A stretch of DNA of 64,000 bases from Candidatus Methanomethylicia archaeon. Its GTDB lineage: Archaea > Thermoproteota > Methanomethylicia > CALHIW01. The stretch is from assembly GCA_038845975.1 (NCBI GenBank), contig JAWBQF010000003.1, positions 1 to 64,000 on the forward strand, in the 5' to 3' direction. This document shows, one piece after another, positions 10,473 to 21,200 of this stretch. The notes under the pieces were generated by a model. It did not search any database and was not told where the DNA came from. It was given only the letters and a program-made list of their open reading frames with translations. Positions within the stretch are counted from its first letter, which is position 1, and every line of letters begins with the position of its first letter. The position numbers were made by a program, and so were the translations under genes.

Positions 10473-12092
10473 ATGGAAAATTATATAAGGAGTAGGGTAG
10501 AGGTACTAGAGCTATTAGGTGTCTTAATGAATTACCCTATTAGAAGTAACTATAAAGATTACTGGGTTATTAGTATTACTCCTGATTTTGCATTGGATAT
10601 TGGGTATACATATGCTGGAGGATTAGGAGTTCTTGAGGGAGATAAATTTTACGCTGCAGCAAAGCTTGGATTAAAATATATTGTACTAACTCTACTTTAT
10701 AATGGAGGATATGTAGCCTACGATTTTGATAATGGTAATCCAATACCAAAACCTCAGCCCCAACCTGAAGAGTTTACTAAGCTTCTTAGCTTAGATGATG
10801 GATTTAAGATTAGATTGAAAGGAGTTGAAGTTGAAGTTGAAGCCCTAAAATACCAGTTAAATACAGCTAAAGCCATATTTTTTAAGGTTTCCTCTCCTGA
10901 CTGGGCTATTAAAATCATTGAGAGACTCTATATTGAAAATAGTTTGGAAGAGAAGTTTTTAAAATATACTCTTCTAGCTAAGGCTTCAGCAGAATATCTT
11001 AGAAGGAATATGAACCTTGAGGCTTTAATGTATATAGATCTTCAGGAAGCTTATGCTGCTCTACTTCCTCTACTTCTTAAGATTCCAGGTAGGTATAGAA
11101 TGGTTATACATACAGCAGGTCCTTGGGGTCATCCACTTATTCCTAGAGGATTCTTCGAGTCTGAGTATGGATACCGCTTCCTAGAACCCGAGGTTCCATT
11201 AACGGAGATAGGACTAGCAGTATCGAGACAGGTATTTGCTGTATCTGCTAAGCATTTAGATATGTTGTTGAAGATTTTCCCACATTACGGGGAGAAAATG
11301 TCCTATGTTACGAATGGTGTTAATATTGATAGATGGATGAATATTGAAATGAGGGAGAAATATGAGAATCATGAACTTACTCTTGACGAATTTGTAAAGC
11401 TTAAGCAGAAAGCTAAGGAGGATCTAGGTAGATTTATAAGAGGATTTAAAGATGTGGATTTAGATGGTAAGCTTGTAGTTTCATGGTGTCGTAGACTAGT
11501 ACCCTACAAGCGTCCATTCTTCATATCTAGGCTTATTGAGGAGCTTAAAAATAGGGAAATCATATTTATAATTGGTGGTAAAGCACATCCTCAAGATCCT
11601 GCTGGACTTGAATACATGAAAACCTTCAGGAAAATGCATAGAGAAAATGAAAATGTAATCTATATGTCTGAGTATGATGTTAATGCAGCTAAAAACATAA
11701 TGGCTGGATCTGATTTACTTTTATTCACTCCGCTTTCAGGATGGGAGGCTTGCGGAACAAGCTATATGAAGGCAGCTATTAATGGAACTCCAACAATATC
11801 CTCAAGAGATGGGGGTGTAATAGAGCTTATAGTTGATGGAGTTAATGGATGGCTTTTCGGACAGGACTTAAGAGAATTTATAGATTTTAATAATTTCAGA
11901 GTAAATGAGATAAACAATATGGAGTATAGTGAATTTAGAGATAAAGTATGTAAGGTGTATGAAATGTACTTTAATGACCCCCAAGGATTTTATAGAGTCT
12001 CACTAAATGCTTTAAGATCGTTTATTCCTAGAGTTAGTATGGAGAGAGTATTAAGGGAATATTATCCAGGACTTATTAGGGTTATAGCTTAA
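10473..12092 (+). CDS. glgP: Alpha-glucan (glycogen/maltodextrin) phosphorylase; true start possibly 10527
   Basis: YAGGLGVLEGD, VTNGV, RRLVPYKRP, GKAHP, EACGTSYMKAAING (PLP Lys). Confidence 0.9.
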   Translation: MENYIRSRVEVLELLGVLMNYPIRSNYKDYWVISITPDFALDIGYTYAGGLGVLEGDKFYAAAKLGLKYIVLTLLYNGGYVAYDFDNGNPIPKPQPQPEEFTKLLSLDDGFKIRLKGVEVEVEALKYQLNTAKAIFFKVSSPDWAIKIIERLYIENSLEEKFLKYTLLAKASAEYLRRNMNLEALMYIDLQEAYAALLPLLLKIPGRYRMVIHTAGPWGHPLIPRGFFESEYGYRFLEPEVPLTEIGLAVSRQVFAVSAKHLDMLLKIFPHYGEKMSYVTNGVNIDRWMNIEMREKYENHELTLDEFVKLKQKAKEDLGRFIRGFKDVDLDGKLVVSWCRRLVPYKRPFFISRLIEELKNREIIFIIGGKAHPQDPAGLEYMKTFRKMHRENENVIYMSEYDVNAAKNIMAGSDLLLFTPLSGWEACGTSYMKAAINGTPTISSRDGGVIELIVDGVNGWLFGQDLREFIDFNNFRVNEINNMEYSEFRDKVCKVYEMYFNDPQGFYRVSLNALRSFIPRVSMERVLREYYPGLIRVIA

Positions 12093-13328
12093 ATGCTTAG
12101 AATAGCATTCATAACATTTGAGTATCCCCCGCTTATCTACGGAGGTTTAGGGGTATACTCCTACGAGGTTACATGTAGACTAGCTGAAATGGGATGTGAA
12201 GTACATGTATTCACAGTTAACAATGGTAGATATCCTGTTCTCGAATACTCTGGAAATATAACTATTCACAGAATAATTCCTGTAAATATTGGGCAATCCT
12301 TAAAAATACTGGTAAATGATGAGCTTAAAGCATGGGGGCCAGGATTCAAATACTTTAATGATGTATTAACATACAATATATCCTCAACATATACTATTAA
12401 TAAATTAGTTAAGGAAGGGTTATTGTTTGATATTGTTTCAGTTCATGACTGGATCTCATCAATAACTGGAATATCTATGAAAAACATGTATCCATCCATA
12501 CCTTTAGTATTCCATATCCACTCGTCAGAGAAAGGTAGAAATCTAGGTGGGGGATCACCTACAGTATCCCTACTAGAGTTGGAGTGTGCTAAAATATCTA
12601 ATGCTATAGTTACAGTATCTAATGCTATGAGAAATTATGATCTTATACCTCAAGGATTTCCAGCGGAGAAGATTCATGTAGTATGGAATGGTGTAGATCC
12701 TGAAAAATACAATCCAAGAAGAGTATCGAGGAAAACTATTGAGGAAATTAAATCTAAACATTACGGTGATCCATTAATACTATTTATCGGTAGGCTTGTA
12801 AGGGTTAAGGGTGTAGATAACCTTGTTAAATCAATGAAGTATATCGTAGAGAAGTATCCTAAAGCAAGACTTCTAATCATAGGGGTTGGGGAGCTTCTAG
12901 AGCAAATACTAAGCGAAGGAAGAAGTATAAAGGAAAACATAACAGTTATAAATAGATTTCTAAGTGAGGAAGAGAGAATAGCATACTATGCAGCTTGCGA
13001 TCTAGCTGTTTTCCCAAGTCTCTATGAGCCATTTGGAATTGTAGCTGTTGAAGCAATGGCTATGGAGAAGCCTATAGTTGTAGGTGCATATGGATGCAGT
13101 GGATTTAGGGAGATTGTTGTTCCCTCAGGTAGTGAGCAATGTGGTGTTCATGTAAATCCATATGATCCTAAAGATATTGCTTGGGGAATAGAGGCAATAC
13201 TTGAAAGTAATGATTGTGGGAAATGGATGGGGTTAAACGGTAGGAGGAGGGTTCTAGAAAACTTTACATGGAGTAAAACAGTAAAGGAAACACTTAACCT
13301 CTACAAGTCGCTATTAGATTTAAAATAG
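12093..13328 (+). CDS. GT4 glycosyltransferase (glycogen synthase-like)
   Basis: EYPP...GGLG, HDW, GRL...KG, PSLYEPFGIVAVEAMA. Confidence 0.9.
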   Translation: MLRIAFITFEYPPLIYGGLGVYSYEVTCRLAEMGCEVHVFTVNNGRYPVLEYSGNITIHRIIPVNIGQSLKILVNDELKAWGPGFKYFNDVLTYNISSTYTINKLVKEGLLFDIVSVHDWISSITGISMKNMYPSIPLVFHIHSSEKGRNLGGGSPTVSLLELECAKISNAIVTVSNAMRNYDLIPQGFPAEKIHVVWNGVDPEKYNPRRVSRKTIEEIKSKHYGDPLILFIGRLVRVKGVDNLVKSMKYIVEKYPKARLLIIGVGELLEQILSEGRSIKENITVINRFLSEEERIAYYAACDLAVFPSLYEPFGIVAVEAMAMEKPIVVGAYGCSGFREIVVPSGSEQCGVHVNPYDPKDIAWGIEAILESNDCGKWMGLNGRRRVLENFTWSKTVKETLNLYKSLLDLK

Positions 13329-15307
13329 TCTAGGTATGGATCACACCAGTGACTCCAATACTGAGCAGGATTCTTTACAGGTACTGGATTCATTGAATAT
13401 ATAGATGGAGATGGATTAACTCCTAACGGAAGACTGAAAAGCTCACTTACATAGCCTACTGCGCCCTCACAAACCATATGATCAAGATTGTTTAAAAGAA
13501 TACCCTTAACATCCATTGATAGCTTCTTCATGAACTCAATAAGGTATGGTGTATCTCTAGGCCATATTACAGATCCATGATACTCCATATCTCCAAGATA
13601 AGGCTTCAACTCATTAATCCTAGTAAGAACACCGAAAACCTCCTCCCCACTACCAATAAATATAAGTTTACGTTTAACAATAAGCTTCTCAACATCCCTC
13701 CACATTCCCCTAATATCTTCATATACAATATCTTTAAGAGTCGAAGCTGCAACAATACCTGCTGAGCTTAAAGTATTATCAGTAAGCCCTAATGGAATAT
13801 TAACTGTTAGTGGCGGTAAGCTCCCATTAATAAACCATTTTCTAAATCCATCCCTAAGCTCATAGTAGAAGTCTTTAAGCCATAGAGGAACAGTAACTCC
13901 TAAACTATTTAGGAGTGATAATAATCTATAGGTAGCTTCAAGATAAAGAGCATTAACTTCAACAAGTGCAAATTCACATTCAACTCCAACTCTACCAATC
14001 CAGCTTGTAGGTAGCCTCATAGGCCACTTTACACCATCAATACTTACCATACTATCAATCCATGATGAATTAGGTTTAGAAACGATAACACCATCCATAA
14101 TTTTAGAGGCTGAAAACTTGTTTCCTCTAAGTTTCTTAATAGCTCTAAACATAATCTTTAAAACCTTCTCTAAAAGATTAGAGCTGCCTGTAAGTCTTGA
14201 AAGCTCAGTAGCAACATTAATAAGCTGTGGGAAAGCATCACTTGAAAAACTTTTAGATGATGGTAGTATTGGTGTCCCATTATTAATCCATGAAATCCTT
14301 AATAACTCCATTATAAGTTCCGTAATCCATGATTTCCATCCAAGAACATAAATATATGTCTTCAAGTTCCATCTTAACCCCTCAACAAGATCACGTATCC
14401 AAACTCTTCTAAACCACCATGCACCAGCTTCAGGAGCAATTAAAGAGTTAAATGGAACCCCAAAACTTGCTAGTCTCCTAACTCTTAACTCAATAAGATC
14501 TCTAATAATAGGATCAGCGTTAATATTAAGATTTAAAGTTAAATTAGGCTTCAAACATCTTTTAACACTAATTGGAATAGCTATATTTAAAGATCCACTT
14601 AAAGATTTAAGGAGTACTGGAATATAAATTGAACGCACATACTTGATAAATCTTAAATCTCCATTGCTTAAAGTTCTAAAACCATCTCCAAGCTTATATA
14701 TCCAGTTTATCCATTCACCCCAATTCTCAATATCATCAATACCTTTAACAATTACCTTTAATAAACTGTTAAGAACGTTAACCTCCATATAGCCTCTATA
14801 CCTACAAATAGTATACTTATAGCTGACCATGGATTCAGCATTTCTAATATCTAATGGAAGAGCGAAAAACGATGGTTTTGAAGCCTTTACATTAAGCTCT
14901 ACATATCCATCAACATCTCTAAGCGATAATAATACCTTATAACATCCATTTCCAGTTTTATACTCGTAAATAATCCTATCTATACAAGATATAGCTGAAA
15001 TAGGGTTAAGAATATCTTCATCAATAGGCTTATAGTAAACACCATCAATAATCTTAATTAGCTTTCCATCAACAGGACCTATAATAAGCCCCTGCCAGTG
15101 ATAATCTCTATTACCACCATAAAGTAATCCTACACTACTACTTATCGATGTATTAAAGACGGAAGCAGAATATTCTGCAAATACCGATTTAAGAATGAGT
15201 TGATAATTCCTTGCAAAACCCCAATCAGGATTTTCATAGCATTCAACTCTACAACATACATCATCATCCATACGTAAAATCCTAATTCTATCCAGCATAA
15301 TATTCAA
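13301..15307 (-). CDS. Amylo-alpha-1,6-glucosidase / glycogen debranching enzyme family
   Basis: EAGAWWF..VWIRD, SWIDS, VEVNAL, YHGSVIWP, VSELF, AQYWS; glycogen context. Confidence 0.75.
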   Translation of the reverse strand: MNIMLDRIRILRMDDDVCCRVECYENPDWGFARNYQLILKSVFAEYSASVFNTSISSSVGLLYGGNRDYHWQGLIIGPVDGKLIKIIDGVYYKPIDEDILNPISAISCIDRIIYEYKTGNGCYKVLLSLRDVDGYVELNVKASKPSFFALPLDIRNAESMVSYKYTICRYRGYMEVNVLNSLLKVIVKGIDDIENWGEWINWIYKLGDGFRTLSNGDLRFIKYVRSIYIPVLLKSLSGSLNIAIPISVKRCLKPNLTLNLNINADPIIRDLIELRVRRLASFGVPFNSLIAPEAGAWWFRRVWIRDLVEGLRWNLKTYIYVLGWKSWITELIMELLRISWINNGTPILPSSKSFSSDAFPQLINVATELSRLTGSSNLLEKVLKIMFRAIKKLRGNKFSASKIMDGVIVSKPNSSWIDSMVSIDGVKWPMRLPTSWIGRVGVECEFALVEVNALYLEATYRLLSLLNSLGVTVPLWLKDFYYELRDGFRKWFINGSLPPLTVNIPLGLTDNTLSSAGIVAASTLKDIVYEDIRGMWRDVEKLIVKRKLIFIGSGEEVFGVLTRINELKPYLGDMEYHGSVIWPRDTPYLIEFMKKLSMDVKGILLNNLDHMVCEGAVGYVSELFSLPLGVNPSPSIYSMNPVPVKNPAQYWSHWCDPYLDYFKSNSDL

Positions 15308-15600
15308 AGCTTTAACTCCTATTTAGACTTATATTAATAGCTAATAGAATTGGCTTACTTGGAAATACATGACTAGCTACAGATTATGAGGATTACTAGG
15401 AAACTATTCTAGACCAAATTATTGCTAGATGTTTAAGTCTAAATATTTTAAATAAACGTAAACTTCAATATATACCATAAAATCTAAATATAACAATTTA
15501 ACATGTTATAATTTACTAAGTCAACTTATAATATGCTTCAAACCATAATTTAAAGTTAAAATTAAGCTAAGCCTATATATTTGCATTACTATATTTAGTT

Positions 15601-15975
15601 GTGTCTATTGGTAGGCAGCTTCTTGAGGAGTTGAGAAAAGATGAAGAATTACGTAAAGCACTTTCGGATGAGCTTATACTTGAAGTTTTTAAACGTAGAG
15701 ATCTACGTAAAGCAGTATTAATAGCAATATCAAGAGAAATAGTAACAAAAGATGACATAGAAGCATTAAGGAAAGCCGCAAAGGAAGGTATGGAGACGTT
15801 AAGAAAGGAGCTTATAACGTATATAGATGCTAGAGTTAATGATTTAAGGAATAGTTTAAATACTAGGATTAGTGATCTTTACGGTGTTGTTAGAGCTAGT
15901 CTTGTAGCTATTGTTGCTACGCTTGTATCAACAGTTTTAACACCATTAATATTGAAACTGATAGGGATATTGTAA
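15601..15975 (+). CDS. Coiled-coil protein with C-terminal transmembrane anchor (archaeal paralogous family)
   Basis: Heptad-rich, IVTKDDI motif, hydrophobic C-terminus. Confidence 0.7.
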   Translation: MSIGRQLLEELRKDEELRKALSDELILEVFKRRDLRKAVLIAISREIVTKDDIEALRKAAKEGMETLRKELITYIDARVNDLRNSLNTRISDLYGVVRASLVAIVATLVSTVLTPLILKLIGIL

Positions 15976-15998
15976 ATAGCGGATGCTTATTTCTAGTG

Positions 15999-16364
15999 TT
16001 AATTTGTTGATTTACTGTGGTCTATTGGTTTTAGCCTATTATGGAAGCATGTTTCCTCTCCCAGATGACATGCTGGTCCTTTCTGTTTTACAATGTATAG
16101 TATAGCATCATAGTCACAGTCAACAAGTATATCTATGACTTCCTGAATGTTTCCTGATGTCTCTCCCTTCATCATGACTCTACCATGTGAACGCCTGAAA
16201 TAGTAAGCGTAGCCTGTTTCAACTGTTTTCTCTATTGCTTCCCTATTCACATATGCTAGTGTTAATACTTTCTTTGAATTGTATTCCTGTACTATAACAG
16301 GTATTAGCCCATTATGTTTATTGAAGTTTAAGTCATTTATGTTTATTGCTTTTAAGCTCTTCAA
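15999..16364 (-). CDS. hisI: Phosphoribosyl-AMP cyclohydrolase
   Basis: [28 protein letters not shown]. Confidence 0.95.
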   Translation of the reverse strand: MKSLKAININDLNFNKHNGLIPVIVQEYNSKKVLTLAYVNREAIEKTVETGYAYYFRRSHGRVMMKGETSGNIQEVIDILVDCDYDAILYIVKQKGPACHLGEETCFHNRLKPIDHSKSTN

Positions 16365-17164
16365 AGCCTAATAGGCACCCCCCTTTCATGTAGGAAGCGT
16401 TTAACTACTGGTATAGGGTATTTACTATAATGAAATACTGATGCTGCTAATGCAGCGTCTGCTTTACCTTTATTGAAGACATCTAGGAAGTGTTCAAGTT
16501 TACCAGCTCCCCCACTTGCAATAACGGGTATTTCAACGTGTTCAGCAATGCTTCTAGTAAGCTCAATATCATACCCATTCTCTGTACCATCCCTATCCAT
16601 AGATGTTAAAAGTATTTCCCCAGCACCAAGCTCAGCTCCCTTAACAGCCCACTCAATAGCATCCATACCTGTTGGTTTACGTCCACCGTAAATGTAAACC
16701 TCAAACCAGCATGAGCCATCAATAGTCTCCACAATATTTTTACCTTCCTCCACATCATATCTTCTCTTAGCATCTATAGCTAAAACAACACATTGAGACC
16801 CGAATGTTTCAGCAAGCTTCCTAATTAGTTTAGGATTTTCAACAGCAGCTGTATTGATGGATACTTTATCAGCGCCACTACATAGAACTATGTATGCATC
16901 TTCAATACTTCTTATTCCACCACCAACAGTAAACGGAATATTTATTTCAGCAGCTACAGATTTAACAACGTCCCTCAATATACTTCTCCTTTCAGGTGAT
17001 GCTGTTATATCTAGGAAGACAAGTTCGTCAGCTCCATCATCACTATATCGTCTCGCAAGCTCAACAGGATCACCTGCACTTCTTAAATTAATGAAGTTTA
17101 CACCTTTAACAACTCTTCCATGATCTACATCTAGACATGGAATTATCCTTTTAGCTAAAGCCAT
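16361..17164 (-). CDS. hisF: Imidazole glycerol phosphate synthase cyclase subunit
   Basis: [36 protein letters not shown]. Confidence 0.97.
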   Translation of the reverse strand: MALAKRIIPCLDVDHGRVVKGVNFINLRSAGDPVELARRYSDDGADELVFLDITASPERRSILRDVVKSVAAEINIPFTVGGGIRSIEDAYIVLCSGADKVSINTAAVENPKLIRKLAETFGSQCVVLAIDAKRRYDVEEGKNIVETIDGSCWFEVYIYGGRKPTGMDAIEWAVKGAELGAGEILLTSMDRDGTENGYDIELTRSIAEHVEIPVIASGGAGKLEHFLDVFNKGKADAALAASVFHYSKYPIPVVKRFLHERGVPIRL

Positions 17165-17182
17165 TTCATCACCACATATATG

Positions 17183-17905
17183 CTATCTAGCTGCTTTTAA
17201 AGCTTCTCTAAGACTTAATAAGCCTTCATATAGTGCTCTACCGATAATAACTCCATAAATATTGAGGTTCTTTAAAGCTATAATATCATCTAGATTTCTT
17301 ACACCACCTGATACTATTATATTAGCATTTAAATTTAGGATTTCACTTAAATTCTTAATATCAGGTCCATTCATCATTCCATCATGTTGAATAGAAGTTA
17401 TAAGGAAAAACCTAACACCTATTGTTAAGAATTTCTGAATAGCTTCCTTAAGTGTTTTATGTGTTGATGTTCTCCATCCATTAATCATAACCTCTCCATC
17501 TAAATGATCTAAAGCTACAGCTATCCTTCTCCATCCGAAATCGTTTAGAAGCTGACTAACAGTATTAGGACTTCTAAATGCAAGTGAACCTAAGACTATT
17601 CTCTCAATACCCATATCTAATAGATGAATAGCCTTATCTATACTTCTCACTCCACCACCAACCTGTATCGGAATTTTAATGGATTTAACTATTTCCTCTA
17701 TTATCCCTATATTCTCCCCTCTTCCTAATGCAGCATCAATATCAACCACATGTATTAATGATGCGCCTTCAAGCCTCCATCTTTTAGCAAGAGATAATGG
17801 ATCACCTAAATACTCGTAGGATTTTATCTTTCCAGGATCTCCCTTAATAAGTCTAACAACTCTACCATTCATTATGTCAATAGCAGGTATTACATACAAT
17901 TCCAT
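17183..17905 (-). CDS. hisA: ProFAR isomerase
   Basis: IPAIDI..GRVVRL..G, HVVDID, QVGGGVR, SGGV, GRALY. Confidence 0.95.
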   Translation of the reverse strand: MELYVIPAIDIMNGRVVRLIKGDPGKIKSYEYLGDPLSLAKRWRLEGASLIHVVDIDAALGRGENIGIIEEIVKSIKIPIQVGGGVRSIDKAIHLLDMGIERIVLGSLAFRSPNTVSQLLNDFGWRRIAVALDHLDGEVMINGWRTSTHKTLKEAIQKFLTIGVRFFLITSIQHDGMMNGPDIKNLSEILNLNANIIVSGGVRNLDDIIALKNLNIYGVIIGRALYEGLLSLREALKAAR

Positions 17906-17908
17906 CCC

Positions 17909-18526
17909 CTAACGTTTAATTATTCTAGCAAAGTTTCTAATAATCTTCTCACCAGACTTACCTGATTTCTCCGGGTGAAACTGTACACCGAAAACATTGT
18001 TCTTCACTATAACTGATGTGAATCTAACACCATACTCTGTTTCAGCAGCAGTAATCTCCGGATTGCTTGGTACAGCATAGTAGCTATGAGCAAAATAGAA
18101 ATAATCTCCCTCATCAACTCCATCCAGAAACTCTGTATATTTAACTATTTTAAGATTGTTCCAGCCAATATGTGGAGTCTTAACATTTCTAGGTAGCCTA
18201 GCAACTCTACCATTTAGTAACCCTAATCCCTTCATATTGGGGCATTCATCACTCTCCTGGAAGAATAGCTGCATACCAAGACATATTCCTAAAATAGGAA
18301 TATTACTCCTAACTAAATCTATAATATTACCTTTAAACCCTCCTAAATTTTCAGCTCCGATCTTAAAGTTTCCTACACCTGGAATAACAATAGCATCAGC
18401 TTTTCCAAAACTATTAAGACTTGAGCATACCTCTACGTTTAAGTAGGCTCTCCTCAATGCATACTCTACGCTAAAAATGTTTCCAACACCGTAATTAATC
18501 AGTATTACATTCATTGTAAACCACAT
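17909..18526 (-). CDS. hisH: Imidazole glycerol phosphate synthase glutaminase subunit
   Basis: PGVG, LGICLGMQL, PHIGWN, YFAHSY, QFHPEKS. Confidence 0.95.
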   Translation of the reverse strand: MWFTMNVILINYGVGNIFSVEYALRRAYLNVEVCSSLNSFGKADAIVIPGVGNFKIGAENLGGFKGNIIDLVRSNIPILGICLGMQLFFQESDECPNMKGLGLLNGRVARLPRNVKTPHIGWNNLKIVKYTEFLDGVDEGDYFYFAHSYYAVPSNPEITAAETEYGVRFTSVIVKNNVFGVQFHPEKSGKSGEKIIRNFARIIKR

Positions 18527-18770
18527 AACATAATTATAGTCCTTAAAGCTTAGCAGCTAAACTTAAAAGATAAAATTTAAACTTTTCCTGAAACCTATTA
18601 CATTCAACTAATCCTAGAAGTCTAATTAGATATTCTTACTCAGCCAATAACTTGTTAGATATTATAACTATGCTTATAATACTTCTAACTTGGCTATTAA
18701 CTACATAAATTTTCTTTCCTTTTATAGGTTTTCATATGTTGTTAGATTAGTCTTCAATGAATAGTTCATA

Positions 18771-19220
18771 TTATACGGGTTTATGGATTAATGTATGGCT
18801 AGCTTCCACATTTTCTTTTAAGCATTGAATAAGAGATTCTAATCTTGATCCTATGGTTATAGATATCATTGGCCTCAATATAGCTCCAAGAGGACCTAAT
18901 ACTTCAAATGTTAGCTTTACATTAACCTCTATTTCACTATTAGTTTTAAATATGAATTCGCCATGTATATATAGGTTTCCACCTTTAGCCTCCCATATTA
19001 TCCTCTTGTTTTCCTCTAAAGTAATGTATTTAGCTCTAACCTCTCTTGTTCTAGTTATTCTTGCCTGTTGAGTTTTCAATATCCAGATTGCTTCTCCATC
19101 TACTAGATTTATCTCTTCAACTACTCCTAGACATCTACCTATATTTCTAAGATCTCTTAGAAAACCATATATCTCCTCCACTTTAGCTTTAACTGTTATT
19201 TTTGACTCTGCTGTCGGCAT
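18771..19220 (-). CDS. SRPBCC/CoxG-like protein
   Basis: Size and pattern (IYGFLRD...IGRCL.GV..I) typical of CoxG/START fold. Confidence 0.7.
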   Translation of the reverse strand: MPTAESKITVKAKVEEIYGFLRDLRNIGRCLGVVEEINLVDGEAIWILKTQQARITRTREVRAKYITLEENKRIIWEAKGGNLYIHGEFIFKTNSEIEVNVKLTFEVLGPLGAILRPMISITIGSRLESLIQCLKENVEASHTLIHKPV

Positions 19221-19528
19221 TACTCTTCCTTCTCAAGTACTTTATTAATTATCTCAGCTTGTATATGATCCTTAACTGTAACCTTTACCTTCTCTACACC
19301 AGTAACCTCCTTAGCTTTTCTCCTTATTTGTCTTCCAATAAATAAAGCGAAGGGCATCGGACAGAATGGAACTGTTAAATGATATGTTATACTAGCAACT
19401 CCATCCTTAAACCTAACTTCATCTATAAGATCTCTATCAATAATTGATTGTCCAAACTCAGGATCTTTAACATCCCTAAGCTTCTCATATATCTCCCTCT
19501 CCTTAGAGCTTAACTTATTGATCTCCAT
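19220..19528 (-). CDS. DUF59/MIP18 (PaaD/SufT-like) Fe-S maturation protein
   Basis: LRDVKDPE...SII..DLI, LTVPFCP. Confidence 0.85.
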   Translation of the reverse strand: MEINKLSSKEREIYEKLRDVKDPEFGQSIIDRDLIDEVRFKDGVASITYHLTVPFCPMPFALFIGRQIRRKAKEVTGVEKVKVTVKDHIQAEIINKVLEKEE

Positions 19529-19530
19529 AT

Positions 19531-20589
19531 TTAAACCTCAATTAACTCCTCATCATATTTTACTAGTAGTTCAGCCCCCTTATCCGTAACTAGATATACG
19601 TCTTCAACTCTTACTCCGCCAATACCTGGTATTGATAGTATGCTATGGCCTATTGAAATAGTCATGTTTTCCCTTAGTTCTATAATACTATCTTCAGGAA
19701 ATATTGTTGGGAAGGGTGTTTCCTCAAAGGCTAATCCTACACCATGAGAAATACCACGTACATAGTATTCACCATAACCTGCTTCACTAACTACTCTATT
19801 AGCTGAGTTATCAAGCTCACTTACCATTACTCCAGGCTTAACAACATTTATAGCTTCCCTACGTGCTCTAATATACAGCTCAATTAATTTCCTTTGATTC
19901 TCTGTTTGCGGCCCTAGTACAAATGTTCTAGCCATATCTGAGCTATAACCCATATAGACTGGGCCGACATCAATAAGTATTAGCTCCCCTCTCTCAATCC
20001 TTTTTCTTGAAGCCCATCCATGGAGGCAATTACTTCTATATCCTGAATTCACAAATGTTGGAAATCCAAATCTTTCAGCTCCTCTCCTCCTCATTTCATA
20101 CTCGATCTCAGCAGCAACCTCAACCTCACTTATCCCCTCCCTTAATACTCTTCTGGCAGCATCTATTCCTGCGGTAGCTATTTCCTGAGCTTTTCTCATC
20201 AGCTCTATTTCCTCACTTGTTTTAGCCATTCTTAAACTCATAAACAACTCCCTAGCATCAACGACTTTAACAGTTGGATTAGCCATTTTAAACCTTTCCA
20301 GTAGAAATGCTGGAAGAGCAAACTCATAATCGAAACCGACAGTTTTAACATTATTCTGCTTTATATACTCTATTACATGCTTCATCATTTCATGAAGACT
20401 ACCATACGTATGTATATTCTTAACCCATGTATTTCTAGAAGCATCTTCAAACTCGCCTCTAAAAACTAGAATCATCGGCTCCCCATCAATAGGAATATAT
20501 AGTCTAGGCTGCCTCCTAAACTCACCTGTAAAGTACTGATAATTCTCATTATCGAGAACTGTCAGTAAATCTATACCCCAATCCCTCAT
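19531..20589 (-). CDS. M24 (Xaa-Pro peptidase/creatinase) family protein; frame stays open upstream to ~20643
   Basis: LRMAKT.EE, LHG, DVG...YSSDMART, HGVGL, GVRVED. Confidence 0.88.
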   Translation of the reverse strand: MRDWGIDLLTVLDNENYQYFTGEFRRQPRLYIPIDGEPMILVFRGEFEDASRNTWVKNIHTYGSLHEMMKHVIEYIKQNNVKTVGFDYEFALPAFLLERFKMANPTVKVVDARELFMSLRMAKTSEEIELMRKAQEIATAGIDAARRVLREGISEVEVAAEIEYEMRRRGAERFGFPTFVNSGYRSNCLHGWASRKRIERGELILIDVGPVYMGYSSDMARTFVLGPQTENQRKLIELYIRARREAINVVKPGVMVSELDNSANRVVSEAGYGEYYVRGISHGVGLAFEETPFPTIFPEDSIIELRENMTISIGHSILSIPGIGGVRVEDVYLVTDKGAELLVKYDEELIEV

Positions 20590-20646
20590 TAATGCTTGAA
20601 TACGTTTAACCCTATCCCTATATATGGATTCACTAAATATAATATC

Positions 20647-21180
20647 CTACACCTCAAGCTCAATTCTCTCTAGGAGCTTAATGTATTCCTCATGTTTCCC
20701 AACTCCTATCCTTTCCTCTTCAACCCTCTCAAAATCCTCTATGAGTTCTCTATGCTCCTCAGCGTCTAGAACACTATCACCCATGGGGAACAATATATTA
20801 TCCTCCTTCTGAATATGTTGTGTAAGGAGATTAACATAGTTGGTAATATTTTCATATATTCTCTCTTTAGCTTCCAATACCCCACTACGGTAAAGATCTA
20901 TAGCTTCAGATAATGCTCTAATATAGCCTCTACCCTGTTCATGCTCTAAAAGCATAACACCTATAGGTCCCCCCTCTCTTGGAATACCTTTAGCTTCAAG
21001 AACTGGAAATAGTACTGTTTCCTCCTTACCATGATGGCATTTATCAGCGAAAACCCTTATGAAATCAAGACATCTATCAATAGTATCAATAGAAACCTCC
21101 CTACTTAAAGTCCTCCTTAAAACATTAAGTATCCTCTCAATAATTCTATGTTCCCCCTTTAATATGTCAGAAGCATACAT
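20647..21180 (-). CDS. Hemerythrin/HHE-domain protein (start re-placed at MYASDIL)
   Basis: EH..I, CHHGKEE..LFP, GPIGVM..EHE.GR, HI.KEDNILFP; the longer ORF call overlaps the ferredoxin. Confidence 0.9.
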   Translation of the reverse strand: MYASDILKGEHRIIERILNVLRRTLSREVSIDTIDRCLDFIRVFADKCHHGKEETVLFPVLEAKGIPREGGPIGVMLLEHEQGRGYIRALSEAIDLYRSGVLEAKERIYENITNYVNLLTQHIQKEDNILFPMGDSVLDAEEHRELIEDFERVEEERIGVGKHEEYIKLLERIELEV

Positions 21181-21200
21181 AGACTTTATACCTCTTAAAC

